From Gemmatimonadaceae bacterium (lineage in GTDB: Bacteria; Gemmatimonadota; Gemmatimonadetes; Gemmatimonadales; Gemmatimonadaceae), in the NCBI GenBank assembly GCA_036374155.1, contig DASUUI010000020.1:109-64108 (forward strand): a stretch of DNA of 64,000 nucleotides, in the 5' to 3' direction. Both the position numbers and the translations under genes were made by a program. Below are positions 19,495 through 27,984 of the stretch, one piece after another. The notes beneath the pieces were generated by a model. That model worked only from the letters and a program-made list of their open reading frames with translations, was not told the DNA's origin and made no database searches. Each line of letters starts with the position of its first letter. The first letter of the stretch is position 1.

Positions 19495-20298
19495 ATGGCC
19501 AACGCAGTCGTGCCCCTTCGCCGCCGCGGCTTTGGCGAGACCCTCCGCCGCGATGCGTGGTGGGTGCAGCCGCTGGTGGTCTTGGTGGTCCTCTCCGCAT
19601 TCCTCGTGTACGCGACCTGGGCCGCCTTCCAGAACGCACACTACGAATTCGGCCCGTACCTGTCCCCGTTCTACTCGCCTGTTCTGTTCGGCGATTCCGC
19701 GCATGCCTGGTTCGGGCCGCGGCCCGGGTGGTGGCCCGGCTGGCTCCCCTTCTCACCCGCGCTGCTGATTCTCCCGGCGCCGGCGGGGTTTCGACTCACC
19801 TGTTACTACTACCGCGGCGCGTACTACAAGGCGTTCTGGGCCGATCCCCCGAACTGCGCCGTTGGCGAGCCGCGCTCCGGTTATCGCGGCGAGAGCGCCT
19901 TTCCCCTGATCATCATGAATGTGCACCGGTACCTGCTGTACCTGGCGCTCGCATTCCTCGTGATCCTGTCGTACGACGTGTGGAACGCGCTCTGGTTCAC
20001 CGATCCCGCCACTGGCCGCCGGGCGTTCGGCATCGGCGTCGGGACGCTGGTGCTGGCGGTGAACGTGGTGCTCCTGGGCGGCTACACGCTTGGCTGCCAC
20101 TCGCTGCGGCATCTTGTGGGCGGGTATCTCGACCGGATGTCCGGCGCGCCGGTTCGCAGGGTGAGCTACCAGTGCGTGAGCTGCCTGAATCGCGCCCACA
20201 TGCGCTGGGCGTGGATGAGCCTCGTATGGGTGGCGTTCTCCGACGTCTACGTCCGGCTCTGCTCGATGGGCATCTGGACTGACTTCCGGCTGCTCTGA
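19495..20298 (+). CDS. sdhC: succinate dehydrogenase / fumarate reductase membrane cytochrome b subunit (single large anchor)
   Basis: Five predicted TM helices with conserved His residues (NVHRYLLYL, GCHSLRHLVGG). It lies directly upstream of sdhA, with a 1-nt overlap. The start is set at ATG 19495. Confidence 0.7.
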   Translation: MANAVVPLRRRGFGETLRRDAWWVQPLVVLVVLSAFLVYATWAAFQNAHYEFGPYLSPFYSPVLFGDSAHAWFGPRPGWWPGWLPFSPALLILPAPAGFRLTCYYYRGAYYKAFWADPPNCAVGEPRSGYRGESAFPLIIMNVHRYLLYLALAFLVILSYDVWNALWFTDPATGRRAFGIGVGTLVLAVNVVLLGGYTLGCHSLRHLVGGYLDRMSGAPVRRVSYQCVSCLNRAHMRWAWMSLVWVAFSDVYVRLCSMGIWTDFRLL

Positions 20299-22112
20299 TG
20301 GCCGATCACGAGACGTACATGTATGACGTGCTGGTCATCGGCGCGGGGGGCGCGGGCCTCCGCGCGGCAGTCGAAGCCGCGGCAAACGGTGCGCGCGTCG
20401 GGCTGGTGTGCAAATCTCTCCTCGGCAAGGCACACACGGTGATGGCCGAAGGCGGCGTCGCCGCCGCGCTCGCCAACGTGGACGACCGCGACAGCTGGCG
20501 CGTGCACTTTGCCGACACGATGCGCGGCGGGCAGTACGTCAACAACTGGCGGATGGCCGAGCTGCATGCGAAGGAGGCGCCTGCCCGCGTCAACGAACTC
20601 GAGGCGTGGGGCGCGTTGTTCGATCGCACAGCGGATGGTCGCATCCTGCAGCGGAATTTCGGAGGGCACCGCTATCCCAGGCTTGCACACGTCGGCGACC
20701 GTACCGGCCTGGAGATGATCCGCACTCTTCAGGACCACGCGGTGCATGAACAGTCCGTGGAAGTTCACATGGAGTGCACGGTCACGCGGCTTCTCAAGTC
20801 CGGCGGGGGGGTGTGCGGTGCGGTGGGCTACGAGCGCGAGCGCGGGCGATTCCGCACGTTCGCGGCGCGGGCGGTGGTGCTCGCGACTGGCGGGATCGGC
20901 CGGGCCTACGCGATCACCAGCAACTCCTGGGAGTACACGGGCGACGGGCACTCGCTTGCGTATCACGCCGGAGCCGCGCTGCAGGACATGGAGTTCGTCC
21001 AGTTTCACCCCACCGGCATGGTGTGGCCCCCGAGCGTGCGCGGCATCCTCGTCACCGAGGGCGTGCGCGGTGAAGGGGGCATCCTCGTCAACAAGGAAGG
21101 CCGCCGTTTCATGTTCGACGACATTCCGGAGAACTACCGGTCGCAGACCGCGGACAACCCGGAAGAGGGCTGGCGGTACACGCAGGGCGACAAGTCCGCG
21201 CGCCGGCCACCTGAGCTCCTCACGCGCGACCACGTGGCGCGCTGCATAGTGCGCGAAGTGAGAGAGGGGCGCGGCAGCCCGCACGGAGGCGTGTTCCTCG
21301 ACATCTCCTGGATAAAGCAGAAGCTGCCCAACGCCCCTGAAGTGATCAGGAAGAAGCTCCCGAGCATGTATCACCAGTTCAAGCAGCTCGCGGACATCGA
21401 CATCACGACGACGCCGATGGAGGTCGGGCCGACCACTCATTACGTGATGGGCGGCGTCCGCGTGGACGGCGACACGCAGATGTCCACGGTCCCGGGACTG
21501 TTCGCCGCGGGTGAGGTGGCCGCTGGACTGCACGGCGCCAACCGACTGGGTGGAAACTCGCTGTCGGACCTGCTGGTGTTCGGCAAGCGCGCGGGGGAGC
21601 ACGCGGCGCTGTTCGCGCGGGCCCAGCCGGAGCCGGTCCCCGACGAAGGACAGGTCAAGGCGGCGGTGCGCGACGCGCTCGCCCCGTTCGACCACCAGGG
21701 GGGTGAGGGGCCGTACCAGATCCAGCACGAACTGCAGGCGTTCATGCAGGACCTCGTCGGGATCGTGCGGCGGGAGGCGGAAATGCAGGACGCGCTTCAC
21801 CGCATCAGGGCACTGCGCGAACGGGCTAAGCACACCCACGTTCCCGGCAACCGCGAGTACAATCCGGGGTGGCACACCGCACTGGACCTCGAGAACCTGC
21901 TCACGGTGAGCGAGGCGGTGACACTCGCGGCACTGGAACGCCGCGAGAGCCGCGGCGGGCATTTTCGCGACGACCACCCGGAGAAGGACGACCGTTATGG
22001 CGGCTTCAACATCGTGCTGCGCAAGGGCGAAGACGGCCGCATGCAGGTCAGCCGGGAGCAGATACCGCCCATGCGGGACGAGCTGCGCAACATCGTCGAG
22101 GAGATGAAATGA
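20298..22112 (+). CDS. sdhA: succinate dehydrogenase / fumarate reductase flavoprotein subunit
   Basis: 604 aa with the FAD motif VIGAGGAGLRAAVEA, FVQFHPTG and the usual C-terminal helical domain. Confidence 0.95.
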   Translation: MADHETYMYDVLVIGAGGAGLRAAVEAAANGARVGLVCKSLLGKAHTVMAEGGVAAALANVDDRDSWRVHFADTMRGGQYVNNWRMAELHAKEAPARVNELEAWGALFDRTADGRILQRNFGGHRYPRLAHVGDRTGLEMIRTLQDHAVHEQSVEVHMECTVTRLLKSGGGVCGAVGYERERGRFRTFAARAVVLATGGIGRAYAITSNSWEYTGDGHSLAYHAGAALQDMEFVQFHPTGMVWPPSVRGILVTEGVRGEGGILVNKEGRRFMFDDIPENYRSQTADNPEEGWRYTQGDKSARRPPELLTRDHVARCIVREVREGRGSPHGGVFLDISWIKQKLPNAPEVIRKKLPSMYHQFKQLADIDITTTPMEVGPTTHYVMGGVRVDGDTQMSTVPGLFAAGEVAAGLHGANRLGGNSLSDLLVFGKRAGEHAALFARAQPEPVPDEGQVKAAVRDALAPFDHQGGEGPYQIQHELQAFMQDLVGIVRREAEMQDALHRIRALRERAKHTHVPGNREYNPGWHTALDLENLLTVSEAVTLAALERRESRGGHFRDDHPEKDDRYGGFNIVLRKGEDGRMQVSREQIPPMRDELRNIVEEMK

Positions 22113-22134
22113 CGGAGAGCCGGGGCGGACGCCG

Positions 22135-22968
22135 ATGGCCGTAACCACCGCGACGTTCCGCATATGGCGCGGTGAGCGCGACTCGGGGCGGCTGACCGAT
22201 TACACCACCGAGGTCTCCGAAGGGATGGTGGTCCTCGACGCTGTGCACCAGATCCAGGCGGAAAGCGCCAATGACCTGGCGGTGCGCTGGAACTGCAAGG
22301 CCGGCAAGTGCGGCTCCTGCTCGGCGGAAGTGAACGGGATGCCCAAGCTGATGTGCATGACGAGGCTCAATGACCTCGACCTGTCCCAGCCGGTCACGGT
22401 GGAGCCGATGCGCGCCTTTCCGCCGGTGCGCGATCTCGTGACCGACGTGTCCTGGAACTTCGAGGTCAAGAAGCGCATCAGAAAGTTCCGCCCGCGCAGG
22501 CCCGACGCGCCTGACGGCACCTGGCGGATGGCCCAGTCCGACGTGGACCGCGTGCAGGAATTCCGCAAGTGCATCGAGTGCTACCTGTGCCAGGACGTGT
22601 GCCACGTGCTGCGCGATCACCACAAGCATGACGCCTTCATAGGGCCGCGCTTCCTGCTGTACGCCGCCGCCCTCGAGATGCATCCGCTCGACATCGAGGA
22701 CCGCGTGACCGACCTCAGGCGCGAGCAGGGCATCGGTTACTGCAACATCACGAAGTGCTGCACCAGGGTGTGCCCGGAGCACATCACGATCACGGACAAC
22801 GCCATAATCCCGCTGAAGGAGCGCGTCGTGGACCGGCACTACGATCCGTTGGGAGCGCTGGTGCAGTTGGTGCGCGGCCGCTGGGGACGCGGACGCTCCG
22901 ACCGCCCCGAGCCGCTGCGCGACGAATCCGGGAGCGCAGCCGCGGAACCGTCATCGGTATCGAGGTAG
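22135..22968 (+). CDS. sdhB: succinate dehydrogenase / fumarate reductase iron-sulfur subunit
   Basis: Cys clusters CKAGKCGSCSAEVNG, CIECYLCQDVC and CTRVCP. Confidence 0.93.
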   Translation: MAVTTATFRIWRGERDSGRLTDYTTEVSEGMVVLDAVHQIQAESANDLAVRWNCKAGKCGSCSAEVNGMPKLMCMTRLNDLDLSQPVTVEPMRAFPPVRDLVTDVSWNFEVKKRIRKFRPRRPDAPDGTWRMAQSDVDRVQEFRKCIECYLCQDVCHVLRDHHKHDAFIGPRFLLYAAALEMHPLDIEDRVTDLRREQGIGYCNITKCCTRVCPEHITITDNAIIPLKERVVDRHYDPLGALVQLVRGRWGRGRSDRPEPLRDESGSAAAEPSSVSR

Positions 22969-22970
22969 GC

Positions 22971-23471
22971 ATGGAACTGAAGCCGATTGCGCGCGAGGCA
23001 ATCCCGCGCGCGCTGCAGAAAGCCGAGCGCTACCGGCTGCTGGAGCAGCCGTGGGCCGCGGAGAGCATCTGCCTCGACGTGCTCGCGGTCGAGCCGGACA
23101 ACCAGGACGCGCTGGTCTCGCTTGTGCTGGCACTGAGCGACCAGCTCGGAGACGCGCCGGCCGAGACGCTGCGCCGCGCGCGCGAGCTTCTACCGCGCAT
23201 CCGCGACGAGTACCAGCGCGAGTACTACGCCGGCATTCTCGCCGAACGGCGCGCACTGGTCGAGCTGCGACACGGCGCCCATGGATCGGGCGCCAACGCC
23301 TACGAGTGGATCCGCGAGGCGATGGCGGCTTACGAGCGGGCGGAGCGGATCGAGCCCGCGGACACCGACGACGCGACGCTGCGGTGGAATACCTGCGTAC
23401 GCCTGCTCAACACGCGGCGGGAGCTGAGCCCGAGGCCCGAACCGACCTACGAGCCGGCGCTGGAGGACTGA
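22971..23471 (+). CDS. helical protein of unknown function, fourth gene of the sdh operon
   Basis: ATG 22971 lies 2 nt after the sdhB stop. The 166-aa product has no TM segment and a TPR-like helical composition. Confidence 0.55.
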   Translation: MELKPIAREAIPRALQKAERYRLLEQPWAAESICLDVLAVEPDNQDALVSLVLALSDQLGDAPAETLRRARELLPRIRDEYQREYYAGILAERRALVELRHGAHGSGANAYEWIREAMAAYERAERIEPADTDDATLRWNTCVRLLNTRRELSPRPEPTYEPALED

Positions 23472-23482
23472 CCGCCACGCAG

Positions 23483-24568
23483 CTACGCCATCCCGGCCGG
23501 GACCGTCTGGTGCGCCTCGCGGCCCGAAAGCATGCGCGCCGCCCCCGCCATCGCCTTCAACTTGCCGAACGCGATCTGCCGCGGGAGATGATTCATCCCG
23601 CAGGAGCTGGTGATCATCGTCTGCTCCGGATCGAGCCATGAGTAGGCGGTCACCCGCTCTGCTATCGTCTCGGGGGTCTCGACCTCGAGGTGCTGAACGT
23701 TCACTGCGCCGATCGCCAGCTGCTTGTCTCCCAGCAGTCCCTCGTAGTGGGAAGTCATGTCTCCTTCTATCAGCAGCGCGTCGCAGTTGATCTGAGCGAT
23801 CTGACGAGCGGGGTACCTGCCCTCGAAGTACCGATGCCCGATCTGCCCGTCGTATTCGGGACCGACGGCGTAGTTGCCCTGGCAGACGTGCACCTGCACG
23901 GAGACGTTCCTGAGCCCTTCCGTTGCCATGTTCATCGCATCCACGGCGGCGTCCACTTCTTCGTCGCTCGCCATGGCGAACAGCGGCTCGTCCAGCTGCA
24001 CGCAGCGGCAGCCGGCTGCCTCCAGGTCGCGGAAGTTCCGGTTGATCACCTTCGCCAGGTCCTGCATCATGCGCGCGATGTCGCCGTAGTGCTCGTCGTA
24101 TGCGACCTTCGCCAGCATGTACGGTCCCGTCATCGTGATCTTCACGGGGCTGCGGGCGAAGGAGGAAACCAGCCTGAACTCGTCCACCAGACCGAGGTCG
24201 GCGTCGGTGATCGGGCCCGTGCAGACCGCGGCAGGGTGGAAGACGTTGGCGTCCTTGACGCTGATTCTCTTGGGCCTGGTCTCCCGGGAGAATCCGGGGG
24301 GCCGCAACCAGAAATAGTTGAGCATCGCGTTCGGCGGTGCGTGCCTGTTGTTAGTCCGCCGGTGCAGCTCGCCGCCGTTGATGATGTCAATGCCGGCGAT
24401 CTCCTGATCGACGATCGCGGCCTGGGTGGCGCGGAACTGGGCACCCTCCATCTCCTCGACTGACAGCGTCCCCGCTTCCACCTGCTCCTCGATGACCTCG
24501 TACCAGCGCGGCACGCTGTACGAGCCCACGACCGTCGTGGTGTAACTGGGGTATCTGTAGGAAGGCAT
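23483..24568 (-). CDS. cobalamin-independent methionine synthase family protein (MetE C-terminal-domain-like)
   Basis: TTVVGSYSVPRWY N-terminus and zinc-ligand contexts VHVCQGN and SSCGMNHL. The start is set at ATG 24568 (MPSYRYP). Confidence 0.75.
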   Translation of the reverse strand: MPSYRYPSYTTTVVGSYSVPRWYEVIEEQVEAGTLSVEEMEGAQFRATQAAIVDQEIAGIDIINGGELHRRTNNRHAPPNAMLNYFWLRPPGFSRETRPKRISVKDANVFHPAAVCTGPITDADLGLVDEFRLVSSFARSPVKITMTGPYMLAKVAYDEHYGDIARMMQDLAKVINRNFRDLEAAGCRCVQLDEPLFAMASDEEVDAAVDAMNMATEGLRNVSVQVHVCQGNYAVGPEYDGQIGHRYFEGRYPARQIAQINCDALLIEGDMTSHYEGLLGDKQLAIGAVNVQHLEVETPETIAERVTAYSWLDPEQTMITSSCGMNHLPRQIAFGKLKAMAGAARMLSGREAHQTVPAGMA

Positions 24569-24678
24569 GTCGTCGTCTGCGGGGGGAAAAGGCGCCAACG
24601 ATAGCACACGTCCTCGTCGTCACATAGCAACTGGAATGCCCGACGTCCGGCGATGGCGGCCGGAACGCGCGCGAGCGA

Positions 24679-24707
24679 TTGAGAAACGGTCGGACAACGG
24701 GTAAGTT
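24679..24707 (+). promoter_or_regulatory. sigma70-like promoter for tRNA-Ser(GCU): TTGAGA-17 nt-TAAGTT
   Basis: The -35 is at 24679-24684 and the -10 at 24702-24707, 10 nt before the mature tRNA 5' end. Confidence 0.45.
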
Positions 24708-24717
24708 TCGTGATTCT

Positions 24718-24807
24718 GGAGAGATGGCCGAGAGGCTGAAGGCACCGGTTTGCTAAACCGGCATACGGGGTCAACCTGTATCGAGGGTTCGAATCCCTCT
24801 CTCTCCG
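24718..24807 (+). tRNA. tRNA-Ser (anticodon GCU)
   Basis: Acceptor stem GGAGAGA/TCTCTCC, D arm GCCGAGAGGCTGAAGGC, anticodon arm CCGGT-TTGCTAA-ACCGG, long variable arm and T arm GAGGG-TTCGAAT-CCCTC. Confidence 0.93.
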
Positions 24808-24819
24808 CTCCCGTACTCC

Positions 24820-24847
24820 GGTCCGCGCCAGGCGCGGGCCTTTTTTT
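24820..24847 (+). terminator. rho-independent terminator
   Basis: GC-rich hairpin GGTCCGCGCC-A-GGCGCGGGCC followed by T7. Confidence 0.8.
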
Positions 24848-24874
24848 CAGCCGCTTCAACCTCCGACTTCCGAC

Positions 24875-26326
24875 TTGACCTCCGCGTCGCCGCGACTCCG
24901 GTTCGCCCCCTCTCCCACCGGCTACCTGCACGTGGGCGGAGCGCGAACGGCGCTGTTCAACTGGCTCTATGCGCGGAAATTCGGCGGCGCCTTCCTGCTG
25001 CGCATCGAGGACACCGACCGTGCACGGAGCACGGACGAGAGCACCCGCGCGATCTTCGAGGGAATGCGCTGGCTCGGCCTCGACTGGGACGAGGAGGTCG
25101 TGCACCAGGGCGCCAACCTCGAGCGCCACCAGACCGACGCGCGCGCGCTGCTCTCGGCGGGCGCGGCCTACCGCTGCTTCTGCACCGCCGCCGAGCTTGA
25201 AGAACGGCGGAAGACGGCCGAACGCGGCGCATTCAAGTACGACCGGCGATGCGACCGCCTCGCACCCGATGAAGCCGCCCGGCGCGCCGCAGCGGGTGAG
25301 CCGTTCACCATACGGTTCCGGATACCGGACGGCACCACCGAATGGGAAGACATGGTGCACGAGCGCGTCGCCTTCCCCAACAAGGACCTCGACGACTTCG
25401 TGATACTCCGCTCCGATGCGACGCCGATCTACAATCTCGCCGTCGTCTCGGACGACATCGCGATGCGGATAACGCTCGTGATGCGCGGCGATGACCACAT
25501 CTCGAACACGCCGAAGCAGATTCTCCTGTACCGCGCGCTCGGACAACCGGTGCCGCAGTTCGCGCACCTGCCGATGATTCACGGTACCGACGGACGGAAG
25601 CTGAGCAAGCGCCACGGAGCCACTGCAGTCGGCGACTACCAGCACATGGGTCTCGTGCCCGAGGCGATGGTGAACTTCCTCGCGCTGCTCGGGTGGTCGC
25701 CAGGCGGCGATCGGGAGGTGCTCACCCGCGCCGAGCTGGTCGAGCTGTTCTCCCCCGCCGGCCTGCAGAAGAAGGCGGCGATATTCGATCCGCAGAAACT
25801 GGAATGGATGAACGGGCAGCACCTGTCGCTGATGCCGCTCGCCGAGCTCGAGCCGTATGTGACACCGGCCATCGTCGCGGCCGGACTCGCAACGCCCGAG
25901 TCGCTCGACCGGGAACGCGAGCGCTACCTGGCACTGCTGGACCTCCTTCGCGTGCGCGCGCGAACGGTGGACGACGTGGTGCGCCAGGCGCGACCGTACT
26001 TTCCCGGCGCGCTGGAGTACGACGAGGCCGCCGTGGCGAAGCACTGGAAGGAGCGCGAGGCGGCGGCGACACTGCTGCAGGACGTGCACGCGGCGCTCGC
26101 GGAGGCGGCGGACTGGTCGGCGGAGGCACTCGAGCCGCTCCTTCGGGAACTCGCCGAGCGCAGCGGCGTCGCCTCCGGGAAGCTGTTTCAGCCGCTGCGG
26201 GTGGCGCTCACCGGGCTCACGGTCAGCCCGGGAATCTTCGAGGTGCTGGTAATGATGGGGCGCGAGCTGGCGCTGGAGCGCATCGCTTCGGCGGTGTCTT
26301 GGCTCCGCGGCGCTGGCCGGCGTTAA
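24875..26326 (+). CDS. gltX: glutamate--tRNA ligase
   Basis: RFAPSPTGYLHVGGARTALFNW and KLSKRHG. The only start near the conserved N-terminus is TTG 24875. Confidence 0.94.
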   Translation: MTSASPRLRFAPSPTGYLHVGGARTALFNWLYARKFGGAFLLRIEDTDRARSTDESTRAIFEGMRWLGLDWDEEVVHQGANLERHQTDARALLSAGAAYRCFCTAAELEERRKTAERGAFKYDRRCDRLAPDEAARRAAAGEPFTIRFRIPDGTTEWEDMVHERVAFPNKDLDDFVILRSDATPIYNLAVVSDDIAMRITLVMRGDDHISNTPKQILLYRALGQPVPQFAHLPMIHGTDGRKLSKRHGATAVGDYQHMGLVPEAMVNFLALLGWSPGGDREVLTRAELVELFSPAGLQKKAAIFDPQKLEWMNGQHLSLMPLAELEPYVTPAIVAAGLATPESLDRERERYLALLDLLRVRARTVDDVVRQARPYFPGALEYDEAAVAKHWKEREAAATLLQDVHAALAEAADWSAEALEPLLRELAERSGVASGKLFQPLRVALTGLTVSPGIFEVLVMMGRELALERIASAVSWLRGAGRR

Positions 26327-26331
26327 CCCCC

Positions 26332-26353
26332 GAACAGCGCCCGAAACATATGT
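26332..26353 (+). promoter_or_regulatory. candidate LexA operator(s) upstream of lexA
   Basis: GAAC-N7-GAAA (26332-26346) overlaps the perfect 8-bp palindrome ACATATGT (26346-26353). The AAAC-ATAT-GTCC core resembles a degenerate Cheo box. Confidence 0.3.
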
Positions 26354-26457
26354 CCCCCTCCGGAAACTACTGGTTGACCCCGGTCCGGCCCCCGCGCATT
26401 TTCACGCCACGTGACCGCGCCACGGCGAGAGCGCGGTAACCCCAGCAAGGAGCAGTT

Positions 26458-27108
26458 GTGGCTGAGCCACTGACGAGCCTCGAAAGCTCTGTGTACCAGT
26501 ACCTGATCGACTTCACCGCGGAGAACACCTACCAGCCCAGCATCCGCGACATCGGCGCGCGATTCAAGATCAAATCGACGAAGACCGTCTCGGACCTTCT
26601 CCAGTCACTCACGCGCAAGGGCTACATCGAGCGCGACCCGGCGCGCTCCCGCGGCGTACGCCTCCTCGGCTTCGCGGGCGGGTTCAACACCCAGCCCGTT
26701 CCATATTACGGACGCATTCACGCCGGCGAGCCGGCGCTGATTCCCGAGAATCGCGAGTCCTACATCACGCTGGATCGCCGGTTCGTGCCGGCGCCGAACG
26801 CCTTCTTTCTAAGGGTCAAGGGCGACAGCATGGTCGGCAAATGCATCGCAGACGGCGATTATGTGCTGATCAACCCCGACATCCGGGCGCAGGAAGGCGA
26901 CGTGGTTGCCGCCAGGCTCGGGGCCGAGGCGACGATCAAGACGTATTCGCTGCGCGATGGTCGCGTGGTGCTTCGCGCCGCGAACGACGGCGAACGCGAC
27001 ATCACCGTGAATCCCGGCGACGACTTCTCGGTCCTTGGCGTGGTCAGCGGGGTGTTCCGTCCCATGGCCGAACAGCCGCGGATGAATCCGCAGCAGATGC
27101 ACTCCTGA
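26458..27108 (+). CDS. lexA: LexA repressor
   Basis: A winged-helix N-terminus (SIRDIGARFKIKSTKTVSDLLQSLTRKGYIERD) and an S24 peptidase domain with VKGDSM. GTG start. Confidence 0.92.
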   Translation: MAEPLTSLESSVYQYLIDFTAENTYQPSIRDIGARFKIKSTKTVSDLLQSLTRKGYIERDPARSRGVRLLGFAGGFNTQPVPYYGRIHAGEPALIPENRESYITLDRRFVPAPNAFFLRVKGDSMVGKCIADGDYVLINPDIRAQEGDVVAARLGAEATIKTYSLRDGRVVLRAANDGERDITVNPGDDFSVLGVVSGVFRPMAEQPRMNPQQMHS

Positions 27109-27111
27109 ACT

Positions 27112-27984
27112 TCAGAAGTTGGCTCTGGGTGAGGAGGGAGCGGCGGGAGCATCATCCTGCCGCTCCCTCTCGCTTTCAGTCGTCCTGTTCACGCCTTCCT
27201 TCTCCGCGCGCTCCCTGTCCTTCCGCTCGCGCAGGTTCCGCACGTTGCGGCGGAACTCATCTTCACTGACAGCGCGGCGTGCGTGGTAGTTGATGTCCGC
27301 GTTCATGTAGCTGAGTGAGCGCTCCCGTTCCAGCGCCCCGGGGTTTGCCTGGACGTTCATCGGCAGCAGCGCGAGGAGGGCGGTCGGAATGGAAACCGGT
27401 CCCAGGCGGATGAACTGAGGATCCACGCCGTACTTCCTGCCGCCGCGTTCCACCGTCCAGTCGCCGGGAGCGCGGCGCGGCCCTGCGGCGATGACCGAAT
27501 CCGTGATCCGCGCAACGTCGGCTGCAATCGTCGCCTCGATCGTCTCGCGAACGCTTCGCGGCGCAGTCACGGCGGGTGTCGGTTCCCGCCAGAGGCGTGG
27601 ATCGCTGAACTCAGGCCGAACGCCGCGGCGCGGCCCGCCGACTCCCACGAGCGGCCCTGAGCCGGACTCGGGAATCTGACCGGTCGCCCGGGTGTCGGGC
27701 TCGGGCAGCGCGGAGGGAACCTGCAGCGGGGCGCGCAACCCGGTGATCTCGCGCGGCCGTGTTTCCGGGCGGCCGTCTCCACCTGACACGCCTGCAACGT
27801 CCACCCCCGTCGTGCTCCGCGGGATGGACACGAACCCGATCCTCTCCACTGGCACGTCGCCGCGGCCGCCCTCGAACAGGCGAATCACGCCGCTCGGAAC
27901 GGAGAGGACGTGCGCCAGACCGATGATCGCGAAGACGTGGAAGACCGTCGAGAAAACGACGGACGCCGAAGGACGCCGTCTCAA
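27112..27984 (-). CDS. membrane-anchored protein of unknown function
   Basis: 290 aa, coupled by a 4-nt overlap to the aminotransferase gene. The N-terminal TM helix has an S-x3-H pattern (STVFH) like TonB anchors. The C-terminus is not TonB-like and has a charged tail. Confidence 0.55.
   Translation of the reverse strand: MRRRPSASVVFSTVFHVFAIIGLAHVLSVPSGVIRLFEGGRGDVPVERIGFVSIPRSTTGVDVAGVSGGDGRPETRPREITGLRAPLQVPSALPEPDTRATGQIPESGSGPLVGVGGPRRGVRPEFSDPRLWREPTPAVTAPRSVRETIEATIAADVARITDSVIAAGPRRAPGDWTVERGGRKYGVDPQFIRLGPVSIPTALLALLPMNVQANPGALERERSLSYMNADINYHARRAVSEDEFRRNVRNLRERKDRERAEKEGVNRTTESERERQDDAPAAPSSPRANF

Noticed and set aside
19495-23471. A missing sdhD, as a sign of an incomplete or degraded sdh operon.
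   Set aside because: Single large cytochrome-b anchors (five TM helices) are a known complex II type, and sdhC/A/B are intact and tightly coupled.
24569-24717. Cobalamin or SAM riboswitch upstream of the MetE-like gene.
   Set aside because: On reading the 149-nt minus-strand leader I could not recognise a B12 box or S-box/SAM-II core. This cannot be excluded without a covariance-model scan (Rfam cobalamin, SAM, SAM-II and SAM-SAH models), but nothing supports it by eye.
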